DNA of 24,241 nucleotides from a virus. Taxonomy: Duplodnaviria > Caudoviricetes. The stretch is taken from positions 1 through 24,241 of IMG/VR virus record IMGVR_UViG_3300029448_000429, one strand, 5' to 3'. This document shows, in pieces, positions 1-6,682 of the stretch. The position numbers and the translations under genes were made by a program. Positions within the stretch are counted from its first letter, which is position 1, and each line of letters begins with the position of its first letter. The notes under the pieces were generated by a model. It did not search any database. It worked only from the letters and a program-made list of their open reading frames with translations, and had not been told where the DNA came from.

Positions 1-183
1 TAACTGTACTTGATCACCACGCAACTGAGCATATAGAGCACCATTAACACCCAATACAATTCTGTCATCTCTTACAGTTATATCACTGTCCGCACTTGCA
101 CCACTGGCTAATAGACTTACTCTATCACCTCTTAATGCAAGACGTTTGTTTGATGTTGTTTCAGCATCAATGTCAAATTGATT
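1..183. repeat. Terminal direct repeat / circularisation overlap, left copy (= 24059-24241)
   Basis: 183 nt identical to the window end except g38/a24096, c91/t24149 and g106/t24164. Confidence 0.97.
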
Positions 184-708
184 GCTACCATTGTATGTGA
201 TGTCTATCTGTGCTGTATCTGAACTCTTGGTATTCTTCAGCACCAACTTCTGATCATCATTTGGAAATATGGTTAGATCATTTCCACTCTCTGATTGTAG
301 TGTTGTACCACTCAATGTTGTTGCTGTTACTGTTGTGATGTTACCTGCTGTACCTGCTAGTGTGCCACCTGTTACAGTACCTGTGGTTGTGATGTTGTTT
401 GCTTGTGCATCAACTGCACTCTTGATTCTTATACCTGAACTACCACCTGTTAATTCTAATCTTTCACCAGCCGCTCCTGTACCAAACTCACATGAACCAA
501 TAGTGATATCTGTGGGTGTGTCACCACTGTATGTAACAAGGTTCACAGCGTCTAAATATGTCTGTGTATTATCTGCTAATATTACTGCATCTGATCCATT
601 TGTACTCACATACAACTTCTTGTTTGTAGTGTCCATTGCTATTTCATTTGTTGAGAGACTACCAGCTGGACTACCGGTACCTCTTTTTGGTTTAATTACA
701 CTTGTCAT
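1..708 (-). CDS. Tail fibre / receptor-binding protein, N-terminal part (continues across the join into 24058..23375; about 463 aa in total)
   Basis: Missing from the ORF track because it runs off the window. ATG at 708 overlaps the upstream stop (TAATG). It translates as MTSVIKPKRGTGSPAGSLSTNEIAMDTTNKKLYVSTNG..., resembling the 'I..KR....P...L..GE.A.....KLY' N-terminus of phage fibres, and is in frame with the 23375..24112 ORF. Confidence 0.85.
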   Translation of the reverse strand, partial: MTSVIKPKRGTGSPAGSLSTNEIAMDTTNKKLYVSTNGSDAVILADNTQTYLDAVNLVTYSGDTPTDITIGSCEFGTGAAGERLELTGGSSGIRIKSAVDAQANNITTTGTVTGGTLAGTAGNITTVTATTLSGTTLQSESGNDLTIFPNDDQKLVLKNTKSSDTAQIDITYNGSNQFDIDAETTSNKRLALRGDRVSLLASGASADSDITVRDDRIVLGVNGALYAQLRGDQVQL

Positions 709-1784
709 TAATATGTACCTCCATCTATGCTATCAGCTATTGCACTGATATCAACACTATTACCATTACTTATTGAGAGGTTAGGACTGCTAAAACTCAA
801 CGTCTGTGAGTCTGTTTCACTTGTCAAATAACCTGCGTCATTGGTAAACATTGATACGTTACCACTCTTGTTGGTTAGTGTTTCTGTGCTTGACGCTGTT
901 GTGTAACCACTGTCATTTGTGAACTGTGATACATTACCTGATTTGTTTGTTAGTGTATCACTGCTTGATGCTGTTATGTAACCTGCATCATTTGAAAATG
1001 TACTTACTGTGGTTGGTTGCGTATAACTGATTACACCAGTACCACTGTTGTAACTTATACTTCCTGTTGCACTGATGCTGGCTCTTGCTCTTGCATCTGT
1101 AAAATATAAATTGGTTGAACCTTCTGTGATTTCATCTGTGTTATCTTTGGTTGATATTTGTGAAGCCACATATGCTTTAATGCTTTGTTGACTTGCTGTA
1201 TTGGTTGCACTATCACTGGCAAAGTTATCTTCATCAAGTAGGTTGTTTGCTATTCTGCCATCTGCTCTGGCATTGGTATAATAAAGGTTTGAACTACCTT
1301 CACTTACTGTATCTGTATCACCCTGTGTGTATGTTAGTACACCAGTTGAACTGTTGTATGCCAGTTGTGTTGAGCTTTCACTTATGGCCGCTCTTGCTCT
1401 AGCATCTGTGTAGTATAGGTTGCTACCTTCTGTTAGATCTGCTGTTGTTTTGGTTCCAAGTCTTGTATCAAATCTTGCATCTGTATAATATAAATTTGTG
1501 CCTTCTGATAAATTAGTTGTTGATTTAGAACTTAGATCCAAGTTGGCACCAGTTTGTAAATTTACTCTGGCATCAGCTCTAGCATCTGTGTAGTAAAGGT
1601 TTGACCCTTCACCAATGTTTGCGGTTGTTAGTGTTACGTGACCAGTGGCACCATTTACACTTGTTACTGCACTTGTTACATTAACGGCCGCTGGTGTTAT
1701 GTTTATCTTTACCAAATCATTGGCTTCTGTTACTGTTACAGCCAAATTGGCATCATCTGTTGGTAGTGTTGTGTATACTGTCAT
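708..1784 (-). CDS. Repeat-containing tail fibre protein (358 aa)
   Basis: S/T/N/G-rich. It has a VTSVNGATG motif, five EG(S/T)xNLY(Y/F)T(D/N)AR repeats, three FxND(A/S)GY repeats and TLTNKSGNVS twice, and ends in DGGTY. Confidence 0.8.
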   Translation of the reverse strand: MTVYTTLPTDDANLAVTVTEANDLVKINITPAAVNVTSAVTSVNGATGHVTLTTANIGEGSNLYYTDARADARVNLQTGANLDLSSKSTTNLSEGTNLYYTDARFDTRLGTKTTADLTEGSNLYYTDARARAAISESSTQLAYNSSTGVLTYTQGDTDTVSEGSSNLYYTNARADGRIANNLLDEDNFASDSATNTASQQSIKAYVASQISTKDNTDEITEGSTNLYFTDARARASISATGSISYNSGTGVISYTQPTTVSTFSNDAGYITASSSDTLTNKSGNVSQFTNDSGYTTASSTETLTNKSGNVSMFTNDAGYLTSETDSQTLSFSSPNLSISNGNSVDISAIADSIDGGTY

Positions 1785-2113
1785 TACGGTGTTACTCCTT
1801 GGCTTACAAATGCGTTGCCTTGAAGTAATCTTGTTTTCTTACCTGAGGCATCTGTCATTACCACATCATAAACCCAAGTACCTGGATCTAATGCGGCTGT
1901 TTGTGTATCTGTTAAACTCAAGGTGAATGTGCCTGCGGCGGCATCTGTAACTGCTGTTGTAAAGTCTTGTACTGCGGTAGTGTTATGGTTTTCACTTATT
2001 CTACCACTGAAACTATGACTGGCAAGGTTAAGTATAACCCCACCTGATTTGACTTGAAAACTACGTTCAAAGTCACTGTTCTGATTGATTGTTATGTTGT
2101 ATGTTGCACTCAT
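1784..2113 (-). CDS. Small Ig-like (BppU N-terminal-like) fibre/baseplate adaptor protein (109 aa)
   Basis: Pattern 'NITINQ..DF....G.FTLSLT..QTA.L..G..VYDV......TRLLQG...V..GVT' is typical of phage virion beta-sandwich proteins. Coupled to the fibre gene by TAATG. Confidence 0.7.
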   Translation of the reverse strand: MSATYNITINQNSDFERSFQVKSGGVILNLASHSFSGRISENHNTTAVQDFTTAVTDAAAGTFTLSLTDTQTAALDPGTWVYDVVMTDASGKKTRLLQGNAFVSQGVTP

Positions 2114-2238
2114 TATCTTATCAAGCTCCCCAAAATAAATTGTATTCCTTCATAGCCCCAAGTTAGTACTAGGTAAAGTAGGATCAAATTACAGAGGGTT
2201 GATATGCTTTTAATTAATTTAGTTAATTCATTTTGCAT
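2113..2238 (-). CDS. Small putative membrane protein (41 aa)
   Basis: Not in the ORF track. MQNELTKLIKSISTLCNLILLYLVLTWGYEGIQFILGSLIR; AAGGA RBS upstream; its stop overlaps the next start (TAATG). Confidence 0.65.
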   Translation of the reverse strand: MQNELTKLIKSISTLCNLILLYLVLTWGYEGIQFILGSLIR

Positions 2239-2259
2239 TTTATGATTCCTTGTTAGTTG

Positions 2260-2278
2260 TATTTATATGTTATTTATC
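2260..2278 (-). promoter_or_regulatory. Tandem T4-type late promoter boxes GATAAATA (2278-2271) and TATAAATA (2267-2260) heading the fibre/terminase operon
   Basis: One exact match to the T4 gp55 late consensus TATAAATA plus an NATAAATA variant, both intergenic and in the sense orientation. Confidence 0.65.
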
Positions 2279-2289
2279 ACTGAAAAAAC

Positions 2290-2372
2290 TGTCAGAAAAT
2301 AGCCCTGATCAACAAGGAGGAGATCAGGGCTAACACTTCAGATTCAAAACCCCCATTGAATTCTGTTGCACT
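2290..2372 (-). ncRNA. Candidate small RNA ending in a terminator-like hairpin with an anti-SD loop
   Basis: Lies downstream of TATAAATA (2382-2375). 11-bp perfect stem 2300-2310/2322-2332, loop UCCUCCUUGUU, then UUUU. No ORF. Confidence 0.45.
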
Positions 2373-2374
2373 GG

Positions 2375-2382
2375 TATTTATA
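2375..2382 (-). promoter_or_regulatory. T4-type late promoter box TATAAATA
   Basis: Exact consensus match in intergenic DNA. Confidence 0.55.
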
Positions 2383-2404
2383 GCTTTTTTGGAATATTTG
2401 TTGG

Positions 2405-2523
2405 CAAAAAGGTGCCTACAGTGGCCAATGATTGTAATATGCTATTGTAGTACTCTGGAGAAATACAAACCACTGTAGGCGTTTGCTACACCACTCAGTG
2501 TAGCGTCACAGCTCTGTGACTGT
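2405..2523 (-). ncRNA. Candidate ~115-nt structured small RNA
   Basis: Follows a consensus sigma70 promoter. Stems 2505-2511/2514-2520, 2485-2491/2498-2504 and 2414-2424/2470-2480 (11 bp), then a U5 tract. No ORF. Confidence 0.55.
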
Positions 2524-2529
2524 TCTTAG

Positions 2530-2558
2530 ATTATAGTTATATTGTTGGAATATGTCAA
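2530..2558 (-). promoter_or_regulatory. sigma70 promoter TTGACA-17-TATAAT
   Basis: -35 at 2558-2553, -10 at 2535-2530; perfect consensus. Confidence 0.85.
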
Positions 2559-2563
2559 CCTTT

Positions 2564-2761
2564 TTATGCTTCCTCTAATAATTTTTCATATCTATTCATT
2601 TGACTTTCTAATTTTAGATATATTTCTTTATCTGAGGCACTAAAGTCTTCTACATCACATTCACCATATTGATTACAATATTTGTTAACCAATATATCAC
2701 TCCAATAGCTAAACTCACTAACAGCCTCAGTATAAGCAATTTTTAATTGATCAATGTTCAT
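2564..2761 (-). CDS. Hypothetical early protein (65 aa)
   Basis: Start moved to the ATG at 2761 (MNIDQLKIAY...), which has an AAGGAGG RBS inside the end of the upstream gene. Confidence 0.7.
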   Translation of the reverse strand: MNIDQLKIAYTEAVSEFSYWSDILVNKYCNQYGECDVEDFSASDKEIYLKLESQMNRYEKLLEEA

Positions 2762-2762
2762 C

Positions 2763-2999
2763 TTATGCCTCCTTTGTCCAAAAGACATCAGTTTCAATAC
2801 AATAATTTAAATCTCTTTTTGTGCTGTCAGTGGTGTAAATATTACCTATAATATAACCACATTCAATCATATGCTTACAGAAAACACTTTCTAAAATTTG
2901 CTTTCTATTAGGCATAATCTGCCCATCCTTAAACCATTGTCTATCTGTTGATCCATAACTGCCATCTGAATTATGAATATCAATATGTAAACATCTCAT
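2763..2999 (-). CDS. Hypothetical early protein (78 aa)
   Basis: Start moved to the ATG at 2999 (MRCLHIDIH...), preceded by GAGGAGG. The longer ORF-track start overlaps the upstream gene. Confidence 0.7.
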   Translation of the reverse strand: MRCLHIDIHNSDGSYGSTDRQWFKDGQIMPNRKQILESVFCKHMIECGYIIGNIYTTDSTKRDLNYCIETDVFWTKEA

Positions 3000-3000
3000 C

Positions 3001-3261
3001 TTATGCCTCCTCTGCAAAATATAATAGATAATCAAGCATATCTTGGTTATATTCATAAACAATATCAGCCTGATAACTTTTATTTGTGTTGATTTTGTTA
3101 ATGGCTTCTTTAAGTGTTTTACTGTTTGTGCCAAGTGTTATAAACTCTTTGTCAAAATCTGACAATTGAGGTCCTGGGTTTGATAGCTTAACATTGATAA
3201 TTCCATCATTGTCTACGCTAAAACTTCCTGGTAATTTGGCTTTAGTGATTATAGTTTTCAT
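3001..3261 (-). CDS. Hypothetical early protein (86 aa)
   Basis: AAGGAG RBS; lies in an operon downstream of a sigma70 promoter. Confidence 0.75.
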   Translation of the reverse strand: MKTIITKAKLPGSFSVDNDGIINVKLSNPGPQLSDFDKEFITLGTNSKTLKEAINKINTNKSYQADIVYEYNQDMLDYLLYFAEEA

Positions 3262-3263
3262 TT

Positions 3264-3422
3264 TTATTTCTCCTTTTTCTTTAGATTAACAATATCTGCA
3301 ACACTTGGACATTCTCCTACAATATTATCAATCAATTGCTCCGTAGATAGTGATTCAATATATGCTTGATATATTTTCCAATCTTCCTGGCTTACATTTT
3401 GAGTTTTTTTTGCATTGTTCAT
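3264..3422 (-). CDS. Hypothetical early protein (52 aa)
   Basis: Not in the ORF track. MNNAKKTQNVSQEDWKIYQAYIESLSTEQLIDNIVGECPSVADIVNLKKKEK; AAGGAG RBS; fills the gap between the promoter and the next gene. Confidence 0.7.
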   Translation of the reverse strand: MNNAKKTQNVSQEDWKIYQAYIESLSTEQLIDNIVGECPSVADIVNLKKKEK

Positions 3423-3468
3423 TTCATTGCTCCTTTTGTTACATTAGTATTTTACTAACTATACTTAC

Positions 3469-3497
3469 AGTATAAGACATCTTGCTTATAATGTCAA
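3469..3497 (-). promoter_or_regulatory. sigma70 promoter TTGACA-17-TATACT
   Basis: -35 at 3497-3492, -10 at 3474-3469; A-tract upstream of the -35. Confidence 0.8.
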
Positions 3498-3537
3498 CCT
3501 TTTTATACCAACAAAAAACCCTTATTTTATGCGGTTT

Positions 3538-4566
3538 TTAGTCAAATAATTGATTAAAATTGTTGTCTGGCTGTGTTTTTTGTTGCCAAGCCTCTATTCT
3601 TTTGTTAGCTATTGCTACATAATCAGGGTCTAATTCACACCCTGTAAAGCACATATCTGCCTCTACAGCCGCCATTCCTGTACTTCCGCTACCACAGAAA
3701 GGATCTAATACACTACCACCTTCTGGTGTTACCAATTGTACAAGGTATTTCATCAATGCCACCGGTTTTACTGTAGGGTGATTGTTGCCTACATTTTTTT
3801 GTCCAGTCATTTCAGTTGATTCTCCGTTTTGCTTGTCATATATTTGATACATATCAATATGACCTTTTTCATCAACTTGTGGGCATATACGCTTTGGTAA
3901 ATTATCAAACCCTATGTGTCTTTCTGCCCTTTGTACTTTTGGATGAAAGAAATACTTTTGATAGTCTGTGATTTCACCTAACACATTAGAGGGATATCTA
4001 CCCTTGTCATCTGGTGTATAAGATTTAAAACTGTCTTCATTTGAAGTCTCACCTTCACCAAATGTTAGTCTACTATGACCATTTGCTCCACCACTTCTTG
4101 TATCTGTGGTTGGTAATCTTGTAGCATCTATGTTTACAGCACCTACACCATAACTGTCCATATTAACATATGTACTACCTTTGAAAGGCTTTCTTGCCAT
4201 TACTATGGGTTCATGTGCTGGTTTTAGGGCTGTTTTCCAACCTGGATGATTCTTTACTGTTTGTGCTTTGGGGAATCCACTAGCATATATCCACATCAAT
4301 TGATCTCTTATCTCAAAACCCGTTGCTTCTATGTTGGTTGCTAAATGATGATATGTTCTTGCCGCACTGAAAGCCAATAGATGTCCACCTGGCTTTAGTA
4401 CTCTAAAACACTCTTTCCAAGTATCTATTGCACCTGTGTTTGAGTCCCAATCCTTGCCAAGGAACTCTATACCATATGGTGGATCTGTTACTATGCTGTC
4501 AAAGTGATTGTCTGTGTACTGTTTTAGTATGTCTATGTTGTTTCCTTGTTTAATTGTGTAGTTCAT
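3538..4566 (-). CDS. Orphan N4-cytosine/N6-adenine DNA methyltransferase (beta class, 342 aa)
   Basis: Catalytic DPPY near the N-terminus, HPTVKP, and SAM-binding LDPFCGSGSTG near the C-terminus. Confidence 0.93.
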   Translation of the reverse strand: MNYTIKQGNNIDILKQYTDNHFDSIVTDPPYGIEFLGKDWDSNTGAIDTWKECFRVLKPGGHLLAFSAARTYHHLATNIEATGFEIRDQLMWIYASGFPKAQTVKNHPGWKTALKPAHEPIVMARKPFKGSTYVNMDSYGVGAVNIDATRLPTTDTRSGGANGHSRLTFGEGETSNEDSFKSYTPDDKGRYPSNVLGEITDYQKYFFHPKVQRAERHIGFDNLPKRICPQVDEKGHIDMYQIYDKQNGESTEMTGQKNVGNNHPTVKPVALMKYLVQLVTPEGGSVLDPFCGSGSTGMAAVEADMCFTGCELDPDYVAIANKRIEAWQQKTQPDNNFNQLFD

Positions 4567-4892
4567 TTGTTGCTCATCTTTCTACCTGATGCTTCTATTT
4601 GTTCTTGTAGATATACTGCGGTTGATAATAATCTTTCACGTCTTTTGTTCATATTAGGATGTAGTATACGCCAAGCAAACTGTGCATCTTCCTTTGTGAG
4701 ACGCTTGTATTCACTGTTATTGTACCTTTTTATAATGTTCTTGCTGTGGCCAAATACTTCTGGTGGGTTGTTGTAGTTGTGTATTACTCTACCCAAATGT
4801 TTTACTAACCAATGATGTGCATTCACACGTTGGTAATTCTTACTCCACCATTTCTCAAAATGGCTTTTTCTTTCTTTTGCTTTTGTTTCCAT
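4563..4892 (-). CDS. Hypothetical basic protein (109 aa; alternative start at 4913)
   Basis: AAGGAG lies 9 nt before the ATG at 4892; ATGA overlap with the methyltransferase start. Confidence 0.65.
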   Translation of the reverse strand: METKAKERKSHFEKWWSKNYQRVNAHHWLVKHLGRVIHNYNNPPEVFGHSKNIIKRYNNSEYKRLTKEDAQFAWRILHPNMNKRRERLLSTAVYLQEQIEASGRKMSNK

Positions 4893-5121
4893 TGATATAC
4901 GCTCCTTTGTCAAATTTTTGTTGTGCTACTTGTTTGGCACATTCTACACTATTAAGTGTTTTCCAAGTCTTGAGGTCACAGTTCCACAGTTTATAACCCA
5001 CATAATCACCCTGTAGTTTGAGTATCATTTCATCATACATCCATTGGATCATACGTCTATATTCACGTCTTTCAACATATCTGTAGTTGTCTTTGAATGT
5101 GTATATTTCTACTGTAATCAT
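4855..5121 (-). CDS. Hypothetical protein (88 aa)
   Basis: First long ORF after the TATAAATA box. The AAGGAG sits closer to an out-of-frame ATG 10 nt upstream, so the start is uncertain. Confidence 0.55.
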   Translation of the reverse strand: MITVEIYTFKDNYRYVERREYRRMIQWMYDEMILKLQGDYVGYKLWNCDLKTWKTLNSVECAKQVAQQKFDKGAYINGNKSKRKKKPF

Positions 5122-5146
5122 AACTGTCCATTTGCTCCTTGTATAG

Positions 5147-5154
5147 TATTTATA
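5147..5154 (-). promoter_or_regulatory. T4-type late promoter box TATAAATA upstream of the methyltransferase operon
   Basis: Exact consensus, a few nt upstream of an AAGGAG RBS. Confidence 0.6.
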
Positions 5155-5155
5155 A

Positions 5156-5537
5156 CCTGCCTTTCTGGCAGGAAACTTTCAGATATCACAGATATCTTCA
5201 GTTTAGTTTTTCAAACTCAACAAGTTGATAATATGTGGTGTTGTGTGTTTGTTAGTTGACTTGATAGTTCAGCCACAGGTAGGCTAGTTACAGCCATGAC
5301 CCTTTTTTTGCAAACGCAAGGTTGTATGCTATCTGGCTCTCTGGCTTACCACGGGTACAGGATTTAATAACACACTCTCAGCCTACGTTGTGTGTTCATA
5401 TAGCCAACCTAGTGTTAGTACTGTAACACCACAGGTATCATAGGATTATATTTTATTAGGATTTGCAACCTTTTCCTGTTGTTCTGGGATACTATGTTTT
5501 GCCTTGGGGATTGCCTGTGTTTGCCTGAAGTGTGCCT
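5156..5537 (-). other. Long non-coding segment: candidate replication origin and/or structured RNA
   Basis: About 380 nt with no credible ORF, downstream of a consensus promoter. Four phased AGGCA repeats, several hairpins, and a terminal CCTGCC-AGAAA-GGCAGG stem-loop. Confidence 0.4.
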
Positions 5538-5539
5538 AT

Positions 5540-5568
5540 ATTATATTATTATTTGTTGGTAATGTCAA
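5540..5568 (-). promoter_or_regulatory. sigma70 promoter TTGACA-17-TATAAT
   Basis: -35 at 5568-5563, -10 at 5545-5540; perfect consensus. Confidence 0.85.
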
Positions 5569-5572
5569 CCTA

Positions 5573-5902
5573 TTACCATTGTTCTTTTACTTGACTTTTT
5601 TCTCTTACTGCTTCAATGTTATCTTGTAGTTTGTTTAGAGCCTTCCATTCTGCTAATTTCATTTGTTCATGCAAATACATAACACCTCTGTACATTGCTC
5701 TACATTCTGCTTCACTTACATCAAATTTACTAGTTAAATTATCAACAAAATTGTTTTCAGTTTTAACTTGGTTATTCATTAGTATTTTTTTAAACATATC
5801 TTGTTTAATAGGTCTTGTTTTTCTGTTTAACAGTGATCTTAACTTATCATGTCCTGTATCTTGTTCTTCTACTTGTATATTTTTTACATTTTCTACTTTC
5901 AT
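5573..5902 (-). CDS. Hypothetical protein (109 aa)
   Basis: ORF with an AAAGGT RBS, co-oriented with neighbours; no recognised motif. Confidence 0.7.
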   Translation of the reverse strand: MKVENVKNIQVEEQDTGHDKLRSLLNRKTRPIKQDMFKKILMNNQVKTENNFVDNLTSKFDVSEAECRAMYRGVMYLHEQMKLAEWKALNKLQDNIEAVREKSQVKEQW

Positions 5903-5914
5903 CTTTTTACCTTT

Positions 5915-6385
5915 CTAATTCCATTGGAATAAACTATCAGGATCTTCCTGATTATCTTCATGTGCTTCTTCATGTGGGATATATTCTAAACATTCACATC
6001 CACTTACCAACACAGCCCATAACAGTTGTTGTAGTTCACTGATATGCTTTTGTTTGTACTTTCCGTCTACATTGTGAATGAAATCACGTTTCTGAACATT
6101 GGCTGGCATATATATGTCTAACCAATCCAATAGTTTTTCAACTCTGTGTTTAAATTGACTTTCTTTTTTATCTGGAATAAATCTATGGTCCATTTCTGTG
6201 AGAATAGTTTCCATAAACCAATTCCAATTTGCATCATACACATTGTTACGCAATTTGTCCATAAGACATCTACTACGCATTTTGCCTTTAGTAAGGCCAG
6301 TCCATCCACTGATCATATGTTTTCTATCATATGAGTGATGTGTTTTTATTTCTCTAATTTGTTCTGGTAATTTTAACATAATCAT
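5915..6385 (-). CDS. Hypothetical protein (156 aa) with an acidic C-terminus
   Basis: AGGAG RBS; directly downstream of tandem promoters; ends ...EEAHEDNQEDPDSLFQWN. Confidence 0.75.
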   Translation of the reverse strand: MIMLKLPEQIREIKTHHSYDRKHMISGWTGLTKGKMRSRCLMDKLRNNVYDANWNWFMETILTEMDHRFIPDKKESQFKHRVEKLLDWLDIYMPANVQKRDFIHNVDGKYKQKHISELQQLLWAVLVSGCECLEYIPHEEAHEDNQEDPDSLFQWN

Positions 6386-6418
6386 TACTCCTATATTATA
6401 ACATCTTTGTTATACTTT

Positions 6419-6457
6419 TATTTATCATATTGTAACAAAAAACCGGTGTTTTGTCAA
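6419..6457 (-). promoter_or_regulatory. Tandem sigma70 promoter (TTGACA-17-TACAAT) and late-type box GATAAATA
   Basis: -35 at 6457-6452, -10 at 6434-6429, GATAAATA at 6426-6419. Confidence 0.7.
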
Positions 6458-6467
6458 CTAGATAAAG

Positions 6468-6660
6468 TCAAGTTGTATCAAAGTATCTGGGCAAATCTGC
6501 TACTATGAGCAATGGTGTATAGGATACACTATTGTTGACCGGAGAGGTCACCTTTTAAGGAGCCATTCATGGTCTGAATGATAACCCTTGATACAACTCT
6601 AAAGATGTCTGCTATGCCGTATATGCGTATGGAAATAGAATATGGAACAGCCATCTCTAA
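6468..6660 (-). ncRNA. Candidate ~190-nt multibranch structured RNA
   Basis: Lies downstream of TATAAATA (6671-6664). Closing stem 6471-6481/6588-6598 encloses hairpins at 6510-6534, 6536-6550 and 6564-6580; a further imperfect stem spans 6601-6658. Confidence 0.55.
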
Positions 6661-6663
6661 TAC

Positions 6664-6671
6664 TATTTATA
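6664..6671 (-). promoter_or_regulatory. T4-type late promoter box TATAAATA
   Basis: Exact consensus just after the HTH gene stop and ahead of the structured segment. Confidence 0.55.
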
Positions 6672-6682
6672 CAATACTTTTG

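Noticed and set aside
1-183. Terminal repeat as a diversity-generating retroelement TR/VR pair
   Set aside because: There is no reverse transcriptase, the copies sit exactly at the contig ends, and the differences are not all at adenines on one strand.
820-1630. Nucleotide repeats such as GCATCTGTGTAGTA as a CRISPR array
   Set aside because: They are degenerate, in-frame protein repeats of the fibre with irregular spacing, and there are no cas genes.
3514-3539. AAAAACC...GGTTTTT inverted repeat after the methyltransferase as a terminator
   Set aside because: The stem is AT-rich and weak with a large loop; possible but not supportable.
2405-6660. Structured segments as tRNA or tmRNA genes
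   Set aside because: I could not find a T-loop GTTC(G/A)A in cloverleaf context, a D-loop pattern or an acceptor stem with CCA.
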